Assembly (NCBI GenBank): GCA_038061865.1
Contig: JBBTYI010000005.1
Coordinates: 1 to 60,030 of the forward strand
Reading direction: 5' to 3'
From: Patescibacteria group bacterium
GTDB lineage: Bacteria; Patescibacteriota; Minisyncoccia; 2-02-FULL-40-12; IGHO2-01-FULL-4-A
Length of the DNA: 60,030 nt
In this document: positions 7,885 to 15,753 of the stretch, one piece after another
How positions within the stretch are numbered: the stretch's first letter is position 1
Layout: the number at the start of each line of letters is the position of its first letter
Position numbers and translations under genes: made by a program
Notes under the pieces: generated by a model
Told to the model about the DNA's origin: nothing
The model's database searches: none
The model's input: the letters and a program-made list of their open reading frames with translations, nothing else

Positions 7885-8995
7885 TGGTCGTTCCTCTTAT
7901 TATCTCTAAAAATCGGTCGGTGTGGGCTTTCCAAGTATAGCGCTTGAGAATCTCCGGCGCAGCCAGTTTTATTTGTTCAATTTTGGCTTTATTAGCCAAA
8001 GCTGTTTTCATCGCCGTGGCGATAGTATCAATTGAATTGCCGTTCTTCACGAAAAAGGCGTTGTCACCGTATATCTCCCGATTTACTTCAGCCTCGGCGA
8101 CAATCGGCACGATGCCATAGGACAATGCTTCCAGCGGCGGCAGGCCGAAGGCTTCCCGATCGGAAACATACACTAGCGCTTTGGCGTTGGCGTATAAAGC
8201 GGCCAATTCATCATCACCGACATAATCATGATGAACTACAACCTTGGAGCCGGCGCGCTGATTGACTTGAGCGACAAGATTTTCAATAACCGGCGGATTG
8301 TATTTATCGGCGCCGATAGTGACCAACTTCAACTCCGGAAATTCAGGCAATATTTTCTCAAACGCCAAAATTGTTTCGCGCAAGTGCCGGCGCGGAAGGG
8401 CCTGGCCGACGTACAAAAGATAATCGCCAATCGCTAATCGCCAATCGCTAATTGCAGTAGTTGTCACCCCCAAGTGGTTTACGGTGATGCGGGCGGGAGA
8501 AATTTTGAAAACTTCACTTAATGCCTTTTTTGAGGACTCGGAGATGGCCATTATTCGGGTGGCGTGGCGGGCGGCCCAGTTGGAAAAAATTCGATAAGCC
8601 AATTTGTAGCGGAAAGGCAAAGTACCCTTCATTTCGTAATAAACATCTTCGGTTAAAGCGGTCAGGGACTTGCCGCGGGAAATCAAGGGCAGCATATAAT
8701 TGGGGAAATACATCATATCCAAACCTTCGAACCAGAGCTTAATGGGCAAGAGCAGATAATAGTAAATACTAAAAGAACGAGGTAAAAACGGCGGGCGGAC
8801 GATTTTTTTCACGAACAGCGGGCTGGCCAGATACGGATAGTCGGGAATCCGCGCTTTGAAGTAAAGAAAAAATTTGAACTCGTTTCCGAGTTCCGGCCGG
8901 CGGGAGAGCTCTTCGAGCAGTTTGTTGATTCCGCGTGCCACTCCCCAGGTCTGCGTTTCTTCTATGGATTCACATTCAATGCCAATTTTAATCAT
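7877..8995 (-). CDS. glycosyltransferase family 1 (GT4-like)
   Basis: The C-terminal half carries a GT-B signature: VSDREAFGLPPLEALSYGIPIV-like (EAFGLPPLEALSYGIVPIVA). Confidence 0.85.
   Translation of the reverse strand: MIKIGIECESIEETQTWGVARGINKLLEELSRRPELGNEFKFFLYFKARIPDYPYLASPLFVKKIVRPPFLPRSFSIYYYLLLPIKLWFEGLDMMYFPNYMLPLISRGKSLTALTEDVYYEMKGTLPFRYKLAYRIFSNWAARHATRIMAISESSKKALSEVFKISPARITVNHLGVTTTAISDWRLAIGDYLLYVGQALPRRHLRETILAFEKILPEFPELKLVTIGADKYNPPVIENLVAQVNQRAGSKVVVHHDYVGDDELAALYANAKALVYVSDREAFGLPPLEALSYGIVPIVAEAEVNREIYGDNAFFVKNGNSIDTIATAMKTALANKAKIEQIKLAAPEILKRYTWKAHTDRFLEIIRGTTNA
8421..8455. repeat. in-frame tandem heptamers (taatcgc|caatcgc|taatcgc|caatcgc|taattgc) inside the GT1 gene
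   Basis: Read directly. It encodes AISDWRLAIGDY on the coding strand. Confidence 0.7.
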
Positions 8996-9884
8996 CGATT
9001 TTTCCGAAATTGTCTAAATGAAAATCTAGCACACTGGTTAGAATTGCTTTGGATATTTTTCGTTTGTCTGGCAGAAAAGCAATTTTAACGAGTTGTTTCA
9101 TCATAATGAAAAACGACCAAAACGGCAATAAAATCTTATATCCGGCCGGCGCGTGCCGCCAGTTAAAATACAGCGCGTTGCGGAAATGATAACGCAGTAA
9201 AAGCGGCGCGCCAAGTTGTTCGGTAGAAGCAGAAACCTTATGCCGAACTAGAACTTCCGGCATTAATTTCAGGATAAATCCGGCCCGGCTGGCGCGCACG
9301 CAGTAGTCGGCATCTTCAAAATAAAGAAAATAATTTTCGTCCAATAATCCGATTTTTTCAATCACGGAACGTTTGATGAGTAAACAAACACCTGGCAAAT
9401 AATCTATAACGTCTTGCGATGACATTAGGTGGTTTAATTCCGGCCGTAACCACTTTATCCGGCCGCCATAAGTAATGCGTTTGCCTTCATCAATCGCCGG
9501 GGCGACAATGCCGATGTCGTCATCTGATTCGGCCTCGGAGACGAGTTTGCTTAACAAATCCTTTGGGACGACGGTATCGTTGTTCAGGACCAGCACATAA
9601 TCTGCCCCGTTTTCCAGCGCCCGCCGAATGCCGACATTATTGCCTCCGGCATAGCCTAAATTCTGGCTTAGAGCATCTAGCTTAAAGCGTATGACCTTTC
9701 CAATTTGACTTTCAATAAAAAGTCGGACATTATTAAAATGTTCCGGCCGGGAGTTATTGTCCACGACAACTGTAAAAGCCGGGTACGGGTAACCGAGTTC
9801 TTTAACAGATTCCAAACACCTCACGGTGTCTTGGGAATTATTATACTGGAGGATAACAATAATGAGTTTTACGGGGTTTTCCAT
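8988..9884 (-). CDS. glycosyltransferase family 2
   Basis: LIIVILQYNNSQDTVRCLESV...VVVDNNS...NLGYAGGNNVG...YFEDADY is the GT-A pattern. Confidence 0.85.
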   Translation of the reverse strand: MENPVKLIIVILQYNNSQDTVRCLESVKELGYPYPAFTVVVDNNSRPEHFNNVRLFIESQIGKVIRFKLDALSQNLGYAGGNNVGIRRALENGADYVLVLNNDTVVPKDLLSKLVSEAESDDDIGIVAPAIDEGKRITYGGRIKWLRPELNHLMSSQDVIDYLPGVCLLIKRSVIEKIGLLDENYFLYFEDADYCVRASRAGFILKLMPEVLVRHKVSASTEQLGAPLLLRYHFRNALYFNWRHAPAGYKILLPFWSFFIMMKQLVKIAFLPDKRKISKAILTSVLDFHLDNFGKIDD

Positions 9885-9913
9885 AGTTATAATAAGTTCG
9901 CTCGGACTGGTTT

Positions 9914-11050
9914 TTATTGCCGTAGGGCTTCGGCTCTACTATCAATCACGTCGGAGAAATTGGAAGTCCAAATGCCAAGGATTTCATTAATTTCTTTTTT
10001 GAATCGTTCTTTTCCGAACCGCTCGGCGGTTCTTTTTATTTGTTCCGGGTTATAACTGGGCAAATTTTCTTTCAGCTGCCGGGCGCCATTGGCCAGCATT
10101 TCTTCGCAGGGGTCTTCAAAAAATTCCCCGTTTATCCCCTCTTCAATATATTCCAACGCCCCGCCCTTTTTAAGAGCTAAAACCGGTTTGCCGCAACTCA
10201 TTGCTTCAATCGGCGCGATACCGAAATCTTCTTCCTGCGGCATAACGAAAGCCAGACAGTTGTTATAATATTCTTGGACAACCCGGTCCGGCTGCTGGCC
10301 GAGAAAAACAATATCGGCAGACCGATTGGCCAGACGCTGCAAACGCTTTTTCTCCGGACCGTCGCCAATGACAATCAGCGGCCATTCCAGTTTGCTGAAG
10401 GCCTTAACTGCCAGATGGATATTTTTGTGTTTGAACAACCGGCTGACAATCAGGAAATAGGTTCTAGGTTCTAGGTGATAGGTAATAGGTGAATGGGGTA
10501 AATCAATCGGAGGATAAATTACCGTGGCGTCGCGGTGGTAATATTTATAGATGCGTTGGCGCGTGTTTTGCGAGTTGGCGATATAGTAATCCACTCGGGT
10601 GGAAGCGTGGCGGTCCCACAGACGGGTCAGATGCTGAAACAGCGCCAACCAACTTTTAGGCGCGCGGCTTTCCTGTCGGTATTCCGCTTGCCAGTCCCAG
10701 ACTTGCCGAGTCGGGCTGGCGCAGTAATTGATATGACTGGTCTTGGGTTTGAGAATCAGGCCTTTTGAAAATTGAGCTGTAGAAATCACGACATCATAGG
10801 CCGCCAGATCAATGGATTCAACGGCCAGCGGCAGGAAGGGGGCCAGCAATTTATGGCCGTTGAAAGTCTCATACGCTTTTTGCAGGAAGGTCGGACGAAT
10901 ATCAACTCCCGGCAAAAACTGGTTGGTAAACCCCGGGTCGTGAAACAAAACATAAACCGGCGCTTGCGGAAAAATTTCATGAAAGGCCTTCAGTACCTTC
11001 TCCGCCCCGCCTATTCCCAACAACCAGTCGTGGACTAAAGCAATTTTCAT
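9914..11050 (-). CDS. glycosyltransferase family 1 (GT4-like)
   Basis: MKIALVHDWLLGIGGAEKV N-terminus and EEDFGIAPIEAMSCGKPVLA GT-B motif. Confidence 0.85.
   Translation of the reverse strand: MKIALVHDWLLGIGGAEKVLKAFHEIFPQAPVYVLFHDPGFTNQFLPGVDIRPTFLQKAYETFNGHKLLAPFLPLAVESIDLAAYDVVISTAQFSKGLILKPKTSHINYCASPTRQVWDWQAEYRQESRAPKSWLALFQHLTRLWDRHASTRVDYYIANSQNTRQRIYKYYHRDATVIYPPIDLPHSPITYHLEPRTYFLIVSRLFKHKNIHLAVKAFSKLEWPLIVIGDGPEKKRLQRLANRSADIVFLGQQPDRVVQEYYNNCLAFVMPQEEDFGIAPIEAMSCGKPVLALKKGGALEYIEEGINGEFFEDPCEEMLANGARQLKENLPSYNPEQIKRTAERFGKERFKKEINEILGIWTSNFSDVIDSRAEALRQ
10454..10495. repeat. in-frame degenerate heptamer array inside the GT1 gene (gaaatag|gttctag|gttctag|gtgatag|gtaatag|gtgaatg)
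   Basis: Read directly. It encodes ..PHSPITYHLEPRTYF.. on the coding strand. Confidence 0.7.
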
Positions 11051-11071
11051 AACATACAGGTAATAATTCCA

Positions 11072-12079
11072 CTAACGTTTCGCCATTATATTCTTTTTGT
11101 AAACCTCCAAATTTTCAAGCACTATCCCCGTCCCCCGGGCGACGCACAACAGCGGGTCGCCGGCGATGCGCGCCGGCACGCCGGTGATGCGAGTTATCAG
11201 AGTATCAATATTTTTTAACAAAGCGCCGCCGCCGGAAATTACCATACCCTTATCCATAATATCCGAACACAGTTCGGGCGGCGTTTCCTGCAGGACATTT
11301 TTAACCGTCTGAACGATTTCCCGCAGCTGTTCCTGCATTGATTCGGTGATTTCATTTGAAGTTAGTTCTATTGTTTTCGGATAACCGCTGGTCAGGTCGC
11401 GTCCCCGGACGTTTATTTTTTCTTCACTGCTTTGTTTGACAGCATTACCGACGGCAATTTTAATCAATTCCGCCGTTCGCTCGCCGATTGCTAGACCGTG
11501 TTTTTTCTTCACGAATTCGACGATTGCGGCGTCAATTTTGTTGCCGCCGACGCGGGTGGAGGCCGAACTGACAATGCCGCCCAAGCTAATCACCGCCACG
11601 TCCGTGGTGCCGCCGCCGACATTGACGATGAGATTGCCGACCGGGCTGTTAATGGGGATTTTAGCGCCAATGGCGGCCAGCACCGGCTCTTTGACCAAAT
11701 AAGCGGCTTTGGCGCCGGCGTTGATAGTCGCTTCAATCACCGCTCGCCTTTCGGTGGAAGTAATCCCAGCCGGCACCGAGACTAAAATCTCCGGTTTAAA
11801 AAATCCGAATTTACCGATGGCTTTGGTGATAAAATACTTAAGCATTGCCTCGGTCACGCGAAAATCGGCGATCACGCCGTCCCGCAGCGGACGGGAAACG
11901 ATAATGCTGTCCGGCGCCCGTCCGATCATCTCTTTGGCATAAGCGCCGACGGCAAGAATTTTATTGTCCAAAATTGAAATGGCGACGACCGACGGTTCGT
12001 TAATAACTACCCCTTTGCCCGGAACGAACACCAGAGTATTAGTCGTACCTAAATCAATGCCGATCTTTTTCACAAACAT
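11072..12079 (-). CDS. mreB: actin-like rod-shape protein MreB (paralog 1, not linked to mreCD)
   Basis: IGIDLGTTNTLVFVPGKGVVINEPSVVAI...VNVGGGTTDVAVISLGG are canonical MreB phosphate and adenosine motifs. Confidence 0.9.
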   Translation of the reverse strand: MFVKKIGIDLGTTNTLVFVPGKGVVINEPSVVAISILDNKILAVGAYAKEMIGRAPDSIIVSRPLRDGVIADFRVTEAMLKYFITKAIGKFGFFKPEILVSVPAGITSTERRAVIEATINAGAKAAYLVKEPVLAAIGAKIPINSPVGNLIVNVGGGTTDVAVISLGGIVSSASTRVGGNKIDAAIVEFVKKKHGLAIGERTAELIKIAVGNAVKQSSEEKINVRGRDLTSGYPKTIELTSNEITESMQEQLREIVQTVKNVLQETPPELCSDIMDKGMVISGGGALLKNIDTLITRITGVPARIAGDPLLCVARGTGIVLENLEVYKKNIMAKR

Positions 12080-12084
12080 AATAG

Positions 12085-12201
12085 GTAGCTTATTAGTTGA
12101 TTAGCTGCTTAGCTTATTAGGAATAACACGTAAAAAAAATCTCAACAAGTGTTTACAAAACCCTAAAAAGCTAGTAAGCTAGTAAGCTAATCGGCTACTT
12201 T
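12085..12201. repeat. inverted pair of phased octamer arrays: TTAGC-type x5 (12085-12124) and GCTAR-type x4 (12170-12201, ending at the ATG)
   Basis: The first array reads gtagctta|ttagttga|ttagctgc|ttagctta|ttaggaat. The second reads gctagtaa|gctagtaa|gctaatcg|gctacttt|ATG. The two cores are reverse complements of each other. Confidence 0.7.
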
Positions 12202-12966
12202 ATGGAACGGCGCACGCGACGTTTTGTTTTTTATATTTTTCTAGGCCTGTTTTTGGTAATCAGCTATCTGATGGCGGTTTATGCTTTCGGTTACCGATAT
12301 GATTTTATTGAAAATAAATTTGTCAAAACCGGGTCGCTTCAGTTCAAAGCGAATGTCAGCGCCGACGTTTATATTGACGACCGCTTTGCCGGCAGAACTT
12401 CTTTTTTGAATAATGTCTTTTCCGAAACCCGTTTTCTGCCGCGCTCCTATTCGGTACGGCTCCAAGACCCCGACTATCAAATCTGGCAGAAGACGACAGC
12501 GGTCAGCGCCGGATTAGTAATTGATTTTCCAAAAATAATTTTGCTGCCGAAAAATTTTACCGAGGAGACGGTATCATCAAAATCTTTTGTTCCGGCTTTT
12601 CCAGAAAATAAGCCCGAATCAAACAAACCAATCAATTCGCCTGACAGCGACAAGGAAGCTTGGTTTAACGAACGTGAAATTTGGGTCAAGTGGCGCAAAA
12701 ACACCAGTTACCAACCCTTTAAAAAATCCGGCGACACCGAACTGATAACCCGTTACTCCCAGCTCGTAAATGACGTCCAATGGTACAAAGATTCCGACCA
12801 CTTAATCGCTGATGTCGGCGGCATCCTCAAATTTATTGAGATTGACACCCGCGGCGGGATTAATTCTTACGACCTCGGCCCCATCAGCGGCCATTTCTAT
12901 TACGACGAAGGTGAGAACGTGATTTATAAACTCAATGACAACCAATTGGTAAAAGTCCAACTCTAA
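12202..12966 (+). CDS. membrane-anchored hypothetical protein with a PEGA-like beta domain
   Basis: 254 aa with an N-terminal TM segment. ANVSADVYIDDRFAGRT...YSVRLQDPDYQIW resembles a PEGA repeat; this is a weak assignment. Confidence 0.5.
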   Translation: MERRTRRFVFYIFLGLFLVISYLMAVYAFGYRYDFIENKFVKTGSLQFKANVSADVYIDDRFAGRTSFLNNVFSETRFLPRSYSVRLQDPDYQIWQKTTAVSAGLVIDFPKIILLPKNFTEETVSSKSFVPAFPENKPESNKPINSPDSDKEAWFNEREIWVKWRKNTSYQPFKKSGDTELITRYSQLVNDVQWYKDSDHLIADVGGILKFIEIDTRGGINSYDLGPISGHFYYDEGENVIYKLNDNQLVKVQL

Positions 12967-12967
12967 C

Positions 12968-13004
12968 GACATCGCAAGTCGTAAGATTTCTGACTTGCGA
13001 TGTC
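12968..13004. terminator. palindromic element copy 1 (13-bp stem gacatcgcaagtc/gacttgcgatgtc), placed as a bidirectional terminator between convergent genes
   Basis: The stem is perfect over 13 bp with an 11-nt loop, followed by aaaaaa. A second, inverted copy lies at 27955-27990. Confidence 0.65.
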
Positions 13005-13011
13005 AAAAAAG

Positions 13012-13587
13012 TTAGCGTTTAGACCAAGCTGGCGACTTCCTCGCCTTCTTGAGGCCGTACTTGCGGCGTTCTTTTTCGCGCGAGTCGCGCGTCAAATAGC
13101 CGGCTTTGCGAAGTTTTTTAGAAAAATTCGGGTCAAACAGAACCAACGCGCGGCTCAAACCGAACTTAATCGCATCGGCCTGCCCGGTCATGCCGCCGCC
13201 TTTTACTTTCACCGTTGCTTTGAAGCGGTTTAGTGATTTTAATTTCTTCAACGGCGCATCAACCATTTCCTGAAGCGCCGAGCTGTTAAAGTATTCAAAA
13301 TACGGCTTATCATTAATGACGATAATCGCTTGGTCTTCAGACGGCTGAAGGTCGGTGGATTTTTTGGTGTAAACCCTCACCCGGGCGGTGGCCGATTTGC
13401 GCCGGCCGACGGCTTCGTAATATTTTTCGGTCTTACTCTCCTTTTCAATGCCATCAGCGGCTTCTGGCCGAACACTGCTTTCTTCAATCACCGGTTCAAT
13501 TATGAGTTTTTCCTCTTTCTCCTTGGCCGGTTTAATTGCTTTGGGCTTGGGCTTCGTTTTTTTAGTTGTGGTTTTTTTGGTCGGCAT
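13012..13587 (-). CDS. rpsI: 30S ribosomal protein S9 with a ~55-aa Lys-rich N-terminal extension
   Basis: The core is YYEAVGRRKSATARVRV. The ...GGGMTGQADAIKFGLSRAL motif and the C-terminal ...KKARKSPAWSKR are typical S9. Confidence 0.9.
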   Translation of the reverse strand: MPTKKTTTKKTKPKPKAIKPAKEKEEKLIIEPVIEESSVRPEAADGIEKESKTEKYYEAVGRRKSATARVRVYTKKSTDLQPSEDQAIIVINDKPYFEYFNSSALQEMVDAPLKKLKSLNRFKATVKVKGGGMTGQADAIKFGLSRALVLFDPNFSKKLRKAGYLTRDSREKERRKYGLKKARKSPAWSKR

Positions 13588-13925
13588 TATTTGATCTCAA
13601 GATTTTTGATAATTTTATCCCGCAGGCGATTCCGGGCCAGCATCCGGTAAACCGCCAGCCATAATACTCTTTTCGGATTTTTTTCAAATACCGTTTTCAA
13701 TTTTCTGGCTTTTAGGCCGCCCGGATAGCCGGAATAGTGGTAATAGGTTTTTTGCTCCAACTTCTTGCCGGTGAATTTTAATTGCTTAACATTGGTAATA
13801 ATAACTTTTTCTTGGGGCAATTCATTGGGTTTATAATGCGGGTTGATTTTACCGCGCAAAATCACCGCGATTTGACTCGCTAACCGGCCGAGCGATTGAT
13901 TGGCGGCGTCAAGTTGGTGAACCAT
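13587..13925 (-). CDS. rplM: 50S ribosomal protein L13 (short form)
   Basis: LGRLASQIAVILRGKINPHYKPN...YYHYSGYPGGLK is the L13 core. It is 112 aa. Confidence 0.9.
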   Translation of the reverse strand: MVHQLDAANQSLGRLASQIAVILRGKINPHYKPNELPQEKVIITNVKQLKFTGKKLEQKTYYHYSGYPGGLKARKLKTVFEKNPKRVLWLAVYRMLARNRLRDKIIKNLEIK

Positions 13926-13927
13926 GG

Positions 13928-14278
13928 TTATGTTATCAGTTCTATTATCGCCATCTTTGCTCCATCGCTGATCCGCGAGGCTAATTTTCTGATTCTGACA
14001 TAACCGCCGCGGCGGTTTTGAAATCTAAGCGCGGTCTCTTTGGTCAGTTTAACGGCTGATTGGTAGTTCAGTTCACTGGTCAACTGACGAAACGCCGCTA
14101 AACCATCTCGTTTTCCTTTGGTAACAAGTTTTTCAAAATAGGTTTTCAAACTTTTAGCTTTGGCCTCGGTGGTGGTAATGCGGTTTTTTTCAATTAAAGC
14201 TACGGCCAGCGAGCGCATTAGGGCTTTGCGCTGTTTGGTCTCTCTGCCGAATTTTCGGATTTTTTTCTGATGCCTCAT
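13928..14278 (-). CDS. rplQ: 50S ribosomal protein L17
   Basis: The N-terminus is MRHQKKIRKFGRETKQRKALMRSLAVALIEKNRITTTEAKAK. The ...GGYVRI motif also fits L17. Confidence 0.9.
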   Translation of the reverse strand: MRHQKKIRKFGRETKQRKALMRSLAVALIEKNRITTTEAKAKSLKTYFEKLVTKGKRDGLAAFRQLTSELNYQSAVKLTKETALRFQNRRGGYVRIRKLASRISDGAKMAIIELIT

Positions 14279-14279
14279 G

Positions 14280-15023
14280 TTATTTTTCTTTTTTCACCCT
14301 GCTTTTCTTGGCTTTTTTCTCCGGTTTAGTCGCTTCTTTGGGAACCTCAACCTTGTCAATAATATTGAAATGTTCAATTAAAATTCGGCAGGCCTGCTGC
14401 AATGCCGCTTCCGGGCTGATACTGCCGTCAGTTTTAATATCCAACAGGAGCTTGTTGTAGTCGGTGCGTTGGCCGACGCGGATATTTTCCACCGTGAAGT
14501 TAACCCCTTTAATCGGCGTGAAAATGCCGTCAACGGCGATCTTGCCGATGCTTAATTTCTCTTTTTCTCTTTGTTCGGCCGGCACATAACCGATGCCTTT
14601 TTCAATAGTGATTTCCATCTCTATCTCGGTTTTTTTATCGGTGATAGTCGCGATGAGTTGGTCGGGGTTCACCACTTCCACGTCGGCAGTGATTTTAATA
14701 TCGGCGGCGGTAACTTCTTTTAGGCCTTTGGCGGAAAGAGTTAAGGTAACCGGTTCGTCTTTGAAAAGCATAAAGCGAACCTTTTTGACGTTTAGGATGA
14801 TGTCAATGACGTCTTCCAATACGCCGGCCATGGTTGAAAACTCGTGGTCAACGCCCTTGATTTTGAGCGAAGTGACGGCGGCGCCCTCCAGCGACGATAA
14901 AAGCACCCGGCGCAAAGTATTGCCGATAGTCATACCGTAACCGGGATAAAGCGGACTGATTTCAAAAACGCCGCGCGTTCCTTCTTTGGATACGACCTTG
15001 GGTTCGGCTGGGAGTTGGATCAT
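14280..15023 (-). CDS. rpoA: DNA-directed RNA polymerase alpha subunit, N-terminal domain only (no alpha-CTD)
   Basis: FEISPLYPGYGMTIGNTLRRVLLSSLEGAAVTS is the alpha-NTD. The protein ends after the NTD with a Lys-rich tail (VPKEATKPEKKAKKSRVKKEK). No helix-hairpin-helix CTD is present, and rplQ follows 1 nt later. Confidence 0.9.
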   Translation of the reverse strand: MIQLPAEPKVVSKEGTRGVFEISPLYPGYGMTIGNTLRRVLLSSLEGAAVTSLKIKGVDHEFSTMAGVLEDVIDIILNVKKVRFMLFKDEPVTLTLSAKGLKEVTAADIKITADVEVVNPDQLIATITDKKTEIEMEITIEKGIGYVPAEQREKEKLSIGKIAVDGIFTPIKGVNFTVENIRVGQRTDYNKLLLDIKTDGSISPEAALQQACRILIEHFNIIDKVEVPKEATKPEKKAKKSRVKKEK

Positions 15024-15038
15024 GTTTACACAACTGCG

Positions 15039-15104
15039 AATTACTAATCTCTAATTCCTAATTTACTTTTATTGGCAATTGGGAATTAGTAATTGGTAAT
15101 TGCG
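15039..15104. repeat. inverted pair of phased heptamer arrays in the rpsD-rpoA spacer (CTAAT-type 15039-15066; AATTAG/AATTGG/AATTGC-type 15077-15104)
   Basis: AAT recurs at 15039, 46, 53 and 60, and again at 15077, 84, 91 and 98. The second array runs into the rpsD stop codon (aattgcgTTAgcg). The same 12-mer aattgcgttagc precedes the rpmA ATG at 469-480. Confidence 0.7.
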
Positions 15105-15740
15105 TTAGCGGGAATAAAACTCAACTAACAATTGAATGTCTTTTGTATCCAAGCCGCTGTCTTCTAATGTCGGTTGGCTTATGACTTTGGCAGTCAGATT
15201 GTCGGCGTTTAACTCAATCCATTTTGGCGGTTGGTATTGTTTGATCCACTGCGGGACCAGAAGCGAAAAGTATTTTGACTGCAAACTACCCTCTCTGATT
15301 TTTATCACATCGCCGATCTTGACTGCAAAAGAAGGGATGGAAACTTTCCGGCCGTTCACCAAAATATGGCCATGATTTACGATTTGACGGGCTTGGTCGC
15401 GGGATTGGGCCAAACCAGAGCGGTAAACGAAATTATCCAAACGCCGTTCCAGTTTTTTCACTAAAACGTCGCCGGTTTGTCCGCCGGACTGAAGCGCGGC
15501 CTTGACCCAATTCTTAAATTGTCGCTCCAGCAGCCGGTAGGTTTTTTTCACTTTTTGTTTGGCGTACAGCTGGGCGCCGAATTCGGAAAGCCGGCCGGCG
15601 AATCTCTTGCCGTGCAGGCCCGGCGGATACATCCGTTTGACGGTCGCCGATTTGGGCGAAAGCGAACGCTCGCCCTTCAAAAAGAGCTTGGTGCGCAAGC
15701 GGCGTTCTATTTTTTCTCTGGGACCGGTGTATCTAGCCAT
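15105..15740 (-). CDS. rpsD: 30S ribosomal protein S4
   Basis: The N-terminus is [25 protein letters not shown]. The ...[34 protein letters not shown] motif is also typical S4. Confidence 0.95.
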   Translation of the reverse strand: MARYTGPREKIERRLRTKLFLKGERSLSPKSATVKRMYPPGLHGKRFAGRLSEFGAQLYAKQKVKKTYRLLERQFKNWVKAALQSGGQTGDVLVKKLERRLDNFVYRSGLAQSRDQARQIVNHGHILVNGRKVSIPSFAVKIGDVIKIREGSLQSKYFSLLVPQWIKQYQPPKWIELNADNLTAKVISQPTLEDSGLDTKDIQLLVEFYSR

Positions 15741-15753
15741 TATAACTTAATAT

